From positions 4,560,001 to 4,592,000 of the forward strand of contig NC_010296.1 in NCBI RefSeq assembly GCF_000010625.1: 32,000 nt of DNA. Reading direction: 5' to 3'. The notes under the pieces were generated by a model. It saw only the letters and a list, made by a program, of their open reading frames with translations. It was not told where the DNA came from and did no database searches. This document shows, one piece after another, positions 24,366 through 32,000 of this stretch. Both the position numbers and the translations under genes were made by a program. This DNA comes from Microcystis aeruginosa NIES-843 (lineage in GTDB: Bacteria; Cyanobacteriota; Cyanobacteriia; Cyanobacteriales; Microcystaceae). Position 1 is the stretch's first letter. Every line of letters starts with the position of its first letter.

Positions 24366-25556
24366 CTAAACTCTTTCAATTGCGATCGCTGTTCCGCCAC
24401 CGGTCCCATGACAGATGGCCCCCATACCGAGGGTTTTATCCTGTACTTTCAACGCGTTAATTAACGTCACCAGAATCCGCGCTCCGGAAGCACCGATAGG
24501 ATGACCCAAGGCGATCGCACCACCGTGAACGTTTTGTTTTTCCCTAGCTAACCCCAGATCCATCTCAAAAAGCAGATTATTTAGGGCAAAAGCTTCGTTA
24601 TTTTCCACTAAATCGAAATCTTCGATCGTTTTATCTAGGGATGCCAGTAATTTTTTCACCGCGAGGACGGGGAACTCTGGGAAGCGATCGGTTTTGCCAG
24701 CACCCACAGCGCCGCCAAGGATTTTGGCAATTGGTTTTAAACCGTACTGATCCACAGCTTTTTGACTGGCTAAAAGGATAGCGGCAGCCCCATCGGAAAT
24801 CTGACTACTATTCCCCGCAGTTAAAACTCCCGACGGATTAAAAGCCGGCCGCAGTTTTCCTAACCCTTCTGGGGTACTATCGGAACGAATACCCTCATCT
24901 TGAGCAATAATTGTGGAACCTTTCTTAGATTTAAGCTCAATTGGCACGATTTCGCCCTTAAACCAGCCTTTTTCTGTGGCTGTGGCCGCTCTTTGGTGGG
25001 ATAAGGCGGCAATTTCGTCTAATGCTTGCCGAGAAACCCCGCGATCGAGACAGAGGCGATCCACTTGGGAACCCATGACCTCAGTCGTGGTAGCATCGGT
25101 TAAGCCATCGTGGAGTAATAAATCGGTTAATTGTTCCGGCGCACCCATGAGGAATTTATAACCCCACCGGGCCCGATGGGAGAGAAAAAAGCCGGTTTGG
25201 GACATGGATTCAATACCACCAGCGAGGACGAGATCCGCTTCTCCGGCGCGGATTGAGGTGGCAGCGTTACTAACGGCAATCATTCCCGAAGAACAAACCA
25301 TATCCACCCGATATCCGTCCACGCTTACGGGAATTCCCGCTTTAATCGCCGCTTGTCGGGGAATTAACTGACCATGACCCGCTCCCAAAACATTGCCGAA
25401 AATGTACAAATCTAGGGCTTCTGGGGGCAAATTAGCGATTTCTAGGGCGGATTTCATCACTGTTGCCCCTAAATCGGCCGGGGATAATCCCATCAATCCC
25501 CCACCAAAACGACCAATTGGAGTCCGGACTGCGGCCACGATATAAACTTCTTGCAT
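24366..25556 (-). CDS. phaA: Acetyl-CoA acetyltransferase (beta-ketothiolase)
   Basis: It has thiolase motifs (VCSSGM active-site Cys, NVHGGAIALGHPIGASG, CHGTGGG). I trimmed the start to the ATG at 25556 (MQEVYIVAAVRTPIGRFGG). The 24-codon upstream extension in the ORF track is non-conserved-looking. Confidence 0.9.
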   Translation of the reverse strand: MQEVYIVAAVRTPIGRFGGGLMGLSPADLGATVMKSALEIANLPPEALDLYIFGNVLGAGHGQLIPRQAAIKAGIPVSVDGYRVDMVCSSGMIAVSNAATSIRAGEADLVLAGGIESMSQTGFFLSHRARWGYKFLMGAPEQLTDLLLHDGLTDATTTEVMGSQVDRLCLDRGVSRQALDEIAALSHQRAATATEKGWFKGEIVPIELKSKKGSTIIAQDEGIRSDSTPEGLGKLRPAFNPSGVLTAGNSSQISDGAAAILLASQKAVDQYGLKPIAKILGGAVGAGKTDRFPEFPVLAVKKLLASLDKTIEDFDLVENNEAFALNNLLFEMDLGLAREKQNVHGGAIALGHPIGASGARILVTLINALKVQDKTLGMGAICHGTGGGTAIAIERV

Positions 25557-25775
25557 AGACTTCTCTCTATTGGGAAGCGAAGATAATAGATAGAATTTGC
25601 TTAAGAATATCGAGTCCGAAAAGATCAAAATCCCAATTGACTGTCATTGGTTAAAAGTTCCTGGCCCCGATGTCTTGAGTTTTTGTCTATCTACCCTCGA
25701 TTTTGCAACAGAATTTCTGTGTAAGAAGATATATTCATTAGAATTTAACTTTTCTGGCAGCAATCCCGTTTTTTT

Positions 25776-26909
25776 ATGGATTTAGTCAAGCGCTTGGTTT
25801 TTATCGGTGGTGGTCATAGTCATGCGATCGCCCTTCGTCTTTGGGGGCAATCACCCCTAAAAAACGTTCAATTAACTTTAATTAGCGATGTCACCCATAC
25901 CCCCTATTCGGGAATGTTACCCGGCCACATCGCCGGTTTTTATGATTTTGCTGAGACTCATATCGATTTACCTTCTCTAGCTAGGTATTCTCAAGCGCAA
26001 TTCTGTTTAGCTAAGGCTAATTTTATAGATAGGGAAAAATGTCAAGTAATTTGTAATAATTCTTTACAGATTCCCTTTGATTATCTCTCGATCGATATCG
26101 GCAGCATCCCGGCAGTAGATAATGTTATCGGTGCTAAAGAGTACACTATTCCCGCCAAACCGGTGCCGATTTTTCGGGAAGGATGGCAAGAAATCCTGAA
26201 AAAAGCGGTTAATAACCCTAATAATACTCTAAATATCGTCATTGTTGGTGGTGGCGCGGGCGGGGTCGAATTAGCTTTAAATATGCAGTCCCGTTTGGCC
26301 AAAATTCTCAACTCTAGCAGTAATTTGAATTTATCTCTAATTCATCGAGGAAAAAAACTACTACCAGCCCATAATAATTGGGTCGGCCAACGTTTAGAGA
26401 ATATTTTTAAACAAAGGGGAATTAGATTATATTTATCAACGGATGTGACGGCAGTGCAAGCAGACCAGATTATCTGTTCATCGGGGTTAGTTTTACCGAT
26501 GGATTATACAATTTGGGTAACGACTGCCTCGGCCCCTAGTTGGATTAAAGCTTCAGGATTACTGACAGATGAAAAAGGGTTTATTTTAGTGAATAATTAT
26601 CTGCAATCTCTTTCCCATCCCCATATTTTTGCCGTGGGAGATATTGCCACGATTCCAGATTATCCCCGTCCGAAAGCAGGAGTTTTTGCCGTCCGACAAG
26701 GAAAACCCCTGTTTGATAATTTAGGAAGAATTCTGCAAAATCAGCCCTTAAAACCCTATTTTCCCCAGAAAAATTATCTCAGTTTAATTGGGACGGGAGA
26801 CCAACAAGCGATCGCATCTTGGGGCGGTTTCGCATGGCAATCACCGTTATTATGGTTATGGAAAGATCGGATCGATCGAGCTTTTATGAAACAGTTTGAT
26901 AAGCTCTAG
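25776..26909 (+). CDS. FAD-dependent pyridine nucleotide-disulfide oxidoreductase family protein
   Basis: It has two Rossmann dinucleotide motifs (LVFIGGGHSH; IVIVGGGAGGVELA) and an FAVGDIA motif. Confidence 0.75.
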   Translation: MDLVKRLVFIGGGHSHAIALRLWGQSPLKNVQLTLISDVTHTPYSGMLPGHIAGFYDFAETHIDLPSLARYSQAQFCLAKANFIDREKCQVICNNSLQIPFDYLSIDIGSIPAVDNVIGAKEYTIPAKPVPIFREGWQEILKKAVNNPNNTLNIVIVGGGAGGVELALNMQSRLAKILNSSSNLNLSLIHRGKKLLPAHNNWVGQRLENIFKQRGIRLYLSTDVTAVQADQIICSSGLVLPMDYTIWVTTASAPSWIKASGLLTDEKGFILVNNYLQSLSHPHIFAVGDIATIPDYPRPKAGVFAVRQGKPLFDNLGRILQNQPLKPYFPQKNYLSLIGTGDQQAIASWGGFAWQSPLLWLWKDRIDRAFMKQFDKL

Positions 26910-27056
26910 TTATTGACACCGAGTTACTGTCAAGGTCGTTGGGAGTAAAATCTGATTTGGGAATCCCACAACCTGATAAAGTAAAAATCGTCCCGATACC
27001 TTGACTGGTTATCGGGAGAGAACGTCAATAGTTTGTTAAATAGTACATATAAACCA

Positions 27057-27497
27057 ATGCCACGTCTTCGCTCGATTATTTCCCTAGTTTTAGTCCTACT
27101 TACTACGCTGCTGGTTAGCTGCAGTGGTCCGCAAGCAACTATCCCCACCGTCTATAGTCCCCAAAAAATCGAACAGTTACAGGTTTACATCCAACCTATC
27201 GCAGAGTTTCGCCAAAAAATGAGCGTTTTGCAAGACCTCATCGCTGACAAAAATTGGGTAGATACTCGCACCTATATCCACGGTCCTTTGGGGCAATTGC
27301 GTCAGGAAATGGTAGGATTATCCCGTAATTTACTGCCCAAAGACCAAGAAAAAGCCAAGCAGTTAGCGAAAAATCTTTTCGTTCACTTTGAACGTATCGA
27401 TGCGGCAGCCAAAGAAAAAGATGCTAGTCTTGCTGCTACTCAATTCCAAGAAGCATTAAAAGATTTCGATGCTTTCTTAAATATTGTTCCCAGTTAG
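27057..27497 (+). CDS. psbQ: Photosystem II lumenal lipoprotein PsbQ (CyanoQ)
   Basis: It has a lipobox (LLVSC|SG). The C-terminal helix pattern LPKDQEKAKQLAKNLFVHFERIDAAAKEKDASLAATQFQEAL aligns with the plant PsbQ pattern KPKDEKKSL..L..LF..I..LDHAAK.K. I prefer the ATG at 27057 over the TTG at 27033. Confidence 0.8.
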   Translation: MPRLRSIISLVLVLLTTLLVSCSGPQATIPTVYSPQKIEQLQVYIQPIAEFRQKMSVLQDLIADKNWVDTRTYIHGPLGQLRQEMVGLSRNLLPKDQEKAKQLAKNLFVHFERIDAAAKEKDASLAATQFQEALKDFDAFLNIVPS

Positions 27498-27502
27498 TTT
27501 TT

Positions 27503-27528
27503 ATCAGTGATCAGTTATCAGTTATCAG
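27503..27528. repeat. Short heptamer array (ATCAGTK)x3.7, the reverse-complement orientation of GATAACT
   Basis: atcagtgatcagttatcagttatcag lies immediately after the psbQ stop. Confidence 0.85.
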
Positions 27529-27807
27529 CTTTAAAAAAAATCTCGGGCTTTTTGCCTAGAGATTGTTGTCAGAGAGAAGCACACAAAAACTTTTTTTCTT
27601 ATAGATGTTCAGTTTAAAAATCAAGATAGAAAAAAATAATAGGGTTCTTCTCGACTTTGTGTGATAATTTTTGCTTATAGAATCGTGAAATGTTTACTGG
27701 TAAAGACTTTTAGGACTATTTTGCGGATATTCTATCAGTATAGACCCCGTTTCCACACAGAAACCAGAAGAGCCAAAAATAGTGACCCTTACCTTTTCCC
27801 AAGCAGA

Positions 27808-27900
27808 GGTAGGAAGTCTCTGGTTTTAGGGAACAGGCAAGAGGGAGCGCCGGAGTTGGGGAAGTGGGAAGAAGGGAGCAGGGGAGGGGGGAGAAAAAAG
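27808..27900. repeat. Dispersed repeat module plus a G-rich low-complexity tract
   Basis: The 21-mer taggaagtctctggttttagg also occurs at 10520-10540. The G-rich part (gaagggagcaggg) recurs as its reverse complement at 4335-4357. Confidence 0.6.
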
Positions 27901-28061
27901 CTGACGGCTGACGGCTGCGAGCGGGGGGAATCATGGCCATTTACAATTGCTTAATAATTGTTGCCACTGCCGTGATAATATGTCTTGTGGCTCACCTGAG
28001 CGTCATAGCTCGGAAAGCAATCTAGATATTGAGATTAGTCTATCGCTGATTTAGGTGTACC

Positions 28062-28484
28062 TTGTCTGATCCATCGATCGCATCTCCCCCAACCCCAGAA
28101 ACCAACCCGCCGTCAGATCCGATGCGGGAATACTATCAACTACAAAACACCCTATTGATCACCACCCTGATCTTAAGCGGTCTGATCTTTATTCCCGTGT
28201 GCTTGTTTTATTCCCTCAATACCGCCCTTAATTACCTATTAGGGGCAATGGTGGGAGTTGTTTACCTAAAACTCCTGGCCGGGGAAGTGGAAAAATTGGG
28301 GGTAACGAAAAATCGGGTAGGCAAAAAAGGATTAGCCCTATTCGCTGGATTAATCATCATCGCCAGTCGTTGGCAAGAACTGCACATAGTGCCAGTTTTT
28401 TTGGGGTTTTTGACCTATAAAGGGGCGATCATCGTCTATACCCTGCAAACCATCTTCAAGCTGGAGCAGAAAGCCGATTCCTAA
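28062..28484 (+). CDS. atpI: ATP synthase protein I (atp1 gene product of the cyanobacterial atp1 operon)
   Basis: It is a small hydrophobic protein with several TM helices directly upstream of subunit a. The start is uncertain: TTG at 28062, or ATG at 28122 (MREYYQLQNTLL). Confidence 0.7.
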   Translation: MSDPSIASPPTPETNPPSDPMREYYQLQNTLLITTLILSGLIFIPVCLFYSLNTALNYLLGAMVGVVYLKLLAGEVEKLGVTKNRVGKKGLALFAGLIIIASRWQELHIVPVFLGFLTYKGAIIVYTLQTIFKLEQKADS

Positions 28485-28542
28485 ACCCTTTGACCGTTAA
28501 AAATAACCCTGATTTGCGAACCCGAATCTCTCTAAGGTAGAA

Positions 28543-29292
28543 ATGTTAGACAGTTTAAGTGTGCTTAATTTTTATAGCCTCGCTTCCCTGGAAGTGGGAC
28601 AACACTGGTACTGGCACATCGGCGGACTAAAAATTCACGGGCAAGTGATCGCGGTCTCCTGGATCGTCTTCGCTATCTTAATCATCGCCTCGATCGCCGC
28701 TACCCGCAAAATCCAGAAAGTCCCTAGCGGTATTCAAAACCTCATGGAGTACGTTCTGGAATTTCTGCGCGATTTAGCCAAAAACCAGCTAGGAGAAAAG
28801 GAATATCGACCCTGGTTGCCCTTCATCGGCACCCTATTTTTATTTATTTTCGTTTCTAACTGGTTAGGGGCCCTGATTCCTTGGAAGTTAATCGAACTGC
28901 CCGAAGGGGAATTAGCCGCCCCCACTAACGACATCAATACCACGGTGGCGTTAGCCCTACTGACTTCCCTCGCTTACTTCTACGCGGGCATCAGTAAAAA
29001 AGGACTCGGTTACTTTGCTCACTACCTAGAGCCGATTCCCGTGCTATTACCGATCAAAATTTTAGAAGACTTTACCAAACCCCTCTCCCTCAGTTTCCGT
29101 CTTTTCGGAAACATCCTCGCGGACGAGTTGGTAGTGGCCGTATTAGTCTTCCTTGTCCCCCTAGTCGTACCCCTACCCCTGATGGCTCTCGGTTTATTTA
29201 CCAGCGCTATTCAGGCCCTTGTCTTCGCCACCCTTGCCGGGGCCTATATCCATGAGGCCCTGGAATCGGAACACGAAGAAGAACACGCTTAA
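28543..29292 (+). CDS. atpB: F0F1 ATP synthase subunit a (cyanobacterial name atpI)
   Basis: It has the conserved [15 protein letters not shown] (essential Arg) and a multi-TM profile. Confidence 0.93.
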   Translation: MLDSLSVLNFYSLASLEVGQHWYWHIGGLKIHGQVIAVSWIVFAILIIASIAATRKIQKVPSGIQNLMEYVLEFLRDLAKNQLGEKEYRPWLPFIGTLFLFIFVSNWLGALIPWKLIELPEGELAAPTNDINTTVALALLTSLAYFYAGISKKGLGYFAHYLEPIPVLLPIKILEDFTKPLSLSFRLFGNILADELVVAVLVFLVPLVVPLPLMALGLFTSAIQALVFATLAGAYIHEALESEHEEEHA

Positions 29293-29504
29293 AAGCGAAG
29301 GACGAAAAAAGAAAAATTTCTTAGGGAAAAGTGTCCAAATAATAGGATAATAACTAAGAAATTATTGGTCGAATTCAGGATGAGCAACTGAATTCCCAGA
29401 TCGTTCTTTCCCAAAAACTCTTTCGGGAGTTTTGAGCAGAAAACCAGCCATTTTTTACGGCTGAGAACGCGCTCTGTAAACAACAGATTGAAATTGATTA
29501 GTAA

Positions 29505-29768
<264 letters not shown>

Positions 29769-29998
29769 TTAAAAAAGCAGTGGGCTATCAGCCCCCAGTC
29801 CGCAGCTTGGCGGCAGAGTTTTCAAAACTCTCAAAAAACGCCAAAGGAGCCAACTAAAAAGTCTGGTTTTGGGGACGGAAGGCTGATAGCTAGTTAAGGG
29901 AATTTTGCTGATTCCCCCTGACTGTTTATTGTTAAAGCAGGGGGATCGTCTTCCTTTTTTGAACCTGCCTATAGCTTCTATTTATCAGGAATAAATCA

Positions 29999-30430
29999 AT
30001 GTTTGATTTCGATGCCACCCTGCCAGTGATGGCACTACAATTTATTCTTTTGGCAGTGATCCTGAACGCCGTTTTTTATAAACCCCTCAGTAAAGTTTTA
30101 GATGAACGGGCGGAGTATATTCGGCAAACAGAAAGCGGAGCCAAAGAACAACTAGCCAAAACCGAAGCCCTGGTACAAGAGTACGAATTGCAATTAAGTT
30201 CGGCTCGTAAACAATCCCAAGAGATTATCGCCCAAGCGCAAGCCGAGGCCCAAAAACTAGCCAGCGAACGAGTTGCCGCAGCCCAAAAAGAAGCGATCGC
30301 CCGTAAGGAAGCCGTCGCCGCCGAAATTGCCCAACAGAAAGAAGAAGCCTTTCGTTCTCTAGAAGGACAAGTGGCCTCTCTTTCCCGTCAAATTCTCGAA
30401 AAACTCCTCGGCCCCGAACTCGTTCGCTAA
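29999..30430 (+). CDS. atpF2: F0F1 ATP synthase subunit b' (cyanobacterial name atpG)
   Basis: It has an N-terminal TM helix and a long Ala/Glu/Gln-rich helix. Its position between c and b is as expected. Confidence 0.88.
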   Translation: MFDFDATLPVMALQFILLAVILNAVFYKPLSKVLDERAEYIRQTESGAKEQLAKTEALVQEYELQLSSARKQSQEIIAQAQAEAQKLASERVAAAQKEAIARKEAVAAEIAQQKEEAFRSLEGQVASLSRQILEKLLGPELVR

Positions 30431-30498
30431 ACCCCAGCCATTGGTTAATAACAGTGATCAGTAAAAAGATAGAACTCAGTCGTCAGGAGTTAGAAGAC

Positions 30499-30540
30499 TG
30501 ATAACTTACCTCTGATAACTGATAACTGATAACTGAATAA
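30499..30540. repeat. GATAACT heptamer array (interrupted) in the b'-b spacer of the atp operon
   Basis: It reads gataacttacctctgataactgataactgataactgaataac. Confidence 0.9.
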
Positions 30541-30563
30541 CCTACTCCCCGCCCTCAATAATC

Positions 30564-31106
30564 ATGATCATCGACACAATTTTATTATTAGCCACGGAGG
30601 CGAAGGAAGCGGCAGCAGAGGGATTCGGCATCAACACCGATATCTTAGGAACTAACCTATTTAACCTCTCAATTCTGCTCGGTTTAATCATCTTCTACGG
30701 CCGCAAAGTTCTCGGACAAATCCTCGGAGAACGTCAGTCGAAGATTGCGGAAGCTTTAGCCGAAGCTGAAAACCGGAAAAATATTGCCGCTACCGCCCTC
30801 GCCGAAGAACAGAAAAAACTCGCCCTAGCAAAACAAGAGGCGGAAAAAATTATCGATAACTCTCGATCTAGAGCTAAAGCTGTCACCGCCGACATCGCCG
30901 CCCAAGCCGAACTCGATATTCAAAGAATGCGCGAAAGTGCCGCTAAAGATCTCTCGGCGGAACAGGATCGCGTTTTAGTAGAATTACGCCAAAGAATTAC
31001 CGCTTTAGCCTTAGCTAATGTGGAATCCCAGTTAAGCACCGGCCTGGAAGAATCGGTACAACAAACCCTAATTGATCGCAGTTTGGCGAACCTAGGAGGT
31101 AAATAG
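30564..31106 (+). CDS. atpF: F0F1 ATP synthase subunit b
   Basis: It has a TM helix ([13 protein letters not shown]) and a long charged helix. Its stop abuts the delta subunit start. Confidence 0.88.
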
Positions 31107-31655
31107 ATGCAGGGAAGTTTAATCAGTTCAGAAATCGCCGAACCCTACGCCCAAGCATTACTTTCCGTCGCCCAAAGCAGCGGACAATTAGAAGCGATCG
31201 GCGGCGAAATTAAATCCCTCTTAGAATTGTTGGAAAATGCTCCCGATCTAAGAGCTTTTATTGGCAATCCCGTCATCAAAGAAGAAGCTAAAAAAGCCGT
31301 TCTTTCCCAAGTAATGGGGAGCAGTGCCAATCCCTATTTAACTAACTTCATGATGTTATTAGTCGATAAACGTCGGATTCAATTTTTAGAACCCGTTTGT
31401 CAACAATATCTCACCCTGGCTAGAGTGCTGACTAACACCGTTTTAGCGGAAGTTTCCTCGGCCACCGAATTGAACGATAGCCAAAAACAAATCGTCATCG
31501 ACAAAGTGAAAACCCTGACCGGGGCAAATGTGGTCGAACTGAAAACCAAAGTTGATGGCAGCCTCATCGGTGGTGTGGTGATCAAAGTCGGTTCCCAAGT
31601 CTTTGATGCCAGCATTCGCGGTCAACTACAACGCCTCAGCCTCTCCCTGCGCTAA
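31107..31655 (+). CDS. atpH: F0F1 ATP synthase subunit delta (OSCP; cyanobacterial name atpD)
   Basis: It has the N-terminal [13 protein letters not shown] and the C-terminal [23 protein letters not shown] typical of delta/OSCP. Confidence 0.9.
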   Translation: MQGSLISSEIAEPYAQALLSVAQSSGQLEAIGGEIKSLLELLENAPDLRAFIGNPVIKEEAKKAVLSQVMGSSANPYLTNFMMLLVDKRRIQFLEPVCQQYLTLARVLTNTVLAEVSSATELNDSQKQIVIDKVKTLTGANVVELKTKVDGSLIGGVVIKVGSQVFDASIRGQLQRLSLSLR

Positions 31656-31723
31656 GGTCATCTAATCTCCCTTTTTTGCCGTTTTTTCACCTTCTAATTT
31701 TTTACTTTTTCCCAGATTAAACT

Positions 31724-32000
31724 ATGGTAGCTATCAGACCCGACGAAATTAGCACGATTATTCGTCAACAGATCGAATCCTATAACCAAGAAGTACAGGT
31801 CTCCAACGTGGGAACCGTCCTGCAAGTGGGTGACGGTACTGCCCGCATCTACGGCCTACAACAAGCCATGTCGGGAGAACTATTAGAATTTGAAGATGGA
31901 ACCGTCGGCATCGCCCTTAACCTCGAAGAAGATAACGTCGGTGCAGTGTTAATGGGTGACGGTTTCGGGATTAAAGAAGGCGGTACGGTGAAAGCTACTG
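31724..32000 (+). CDS. atpA: F0F1 ATP synthase subunit alpha, N-terminal 92 codons (runs off the window end)
   Basis: I translated it by hand from the ATG at 31724: [78 protein letters not shown]..., the canonical alpha-subunit N-terminus. Confidence 0.92.
   Translation, partial: MVAIRPDEISTIIRQQIESYNQEVQVSNVGTVLQVGDGTARIYGLQQAMSGELLEFEDGTVGIALNLEEDNVGAVLMGDGFGIKEGGTVKAT

Noticed and set aside
25557-25628. A 24-codon N-terminal extension of phaA in the ORF track
   Set aside because: Thiolases begin at the conserved M..V.IV...RTP.G segment, which starts at the ATG at 25556. The extension (MIFSDSIFLSKFYLLSSLPNREKS) looks non-coding.
27661-27954. 97-aa (+) and 74-aa (-) ORFs in the psbQ-atp1 spacer
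   Set aside because: They are mutually antisense and span dispersed repeats and a poly-G/low-complexity tract (GGGRKKLTADG...). Neither is credible as coding.
29289-29483. A 64-aa minus-strand ORF in the atpB-atpE spacer
   Set aside because: It is AT-rich and low-complexity, and it lies antisense within a conserved operon spacer. I found no motif.

Overview
This is a cyanobacterial chromosomal window. It has many HIP1 GCGATCGC palindromes, heptamer STRR-type tandem repeats, and psbQ, chlP and atp1-operon gene content. By recognition it looks most like Microcystis, but I cannot verify that.

Conserved housekeeping blocks:
- an EVE-domain gene and a prohibitin gene, a sensor kinase and tRNA-Glu(UUC) (about 4.4-7.6 kb)
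- chlP (19.8-21.0 kb)
- a contiguous phaA-phaB-phaE-phaC PHB operon on the minus strand (21.3-25.6 kb)
- an FAD oxidoreductase and psbQ
- the atp1 operon: subunits I, a, c, b', b, delta and the start of alpha (28.1-32.0 kb)

Accessory or mobile blocks:
- a LuxR regulator next to a partial M6 metalloprotease
- an IS30 transposase remnant, an m5C DNA methyltransferase and a convergent PD-(D/E)XK-fold protein (2.0-4.0 kb)
- a MITE-riddled island with two tandem GT8-like paralogs, a sulfotransferase and a further transferase-like ORF (9.4-14.8 kb)
- a 4.8 kb block (14961-19748) in which two roughly 98% identical, inverted, tnpB-only IS200/IS605 elements face each other with right ends inward

That last block is the most interesting part of the window. 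The two IS copies bracket a convergent, 3'-overlapping gene pair. One gene is a DUF5131 (phage Gp37/Gp68 three-Cys, radical-SAM-like) protein. The other is a TcmP (three-Cys-motif partner) protein with DNA-methyltransferase-like motifs. To my knowledge this pair has no assigned function, and I flag it as the best candidate for an undescribed nucleic-acid modification or defence system.

All calls come from reading the sequence and the ORF translations. No database search was run.
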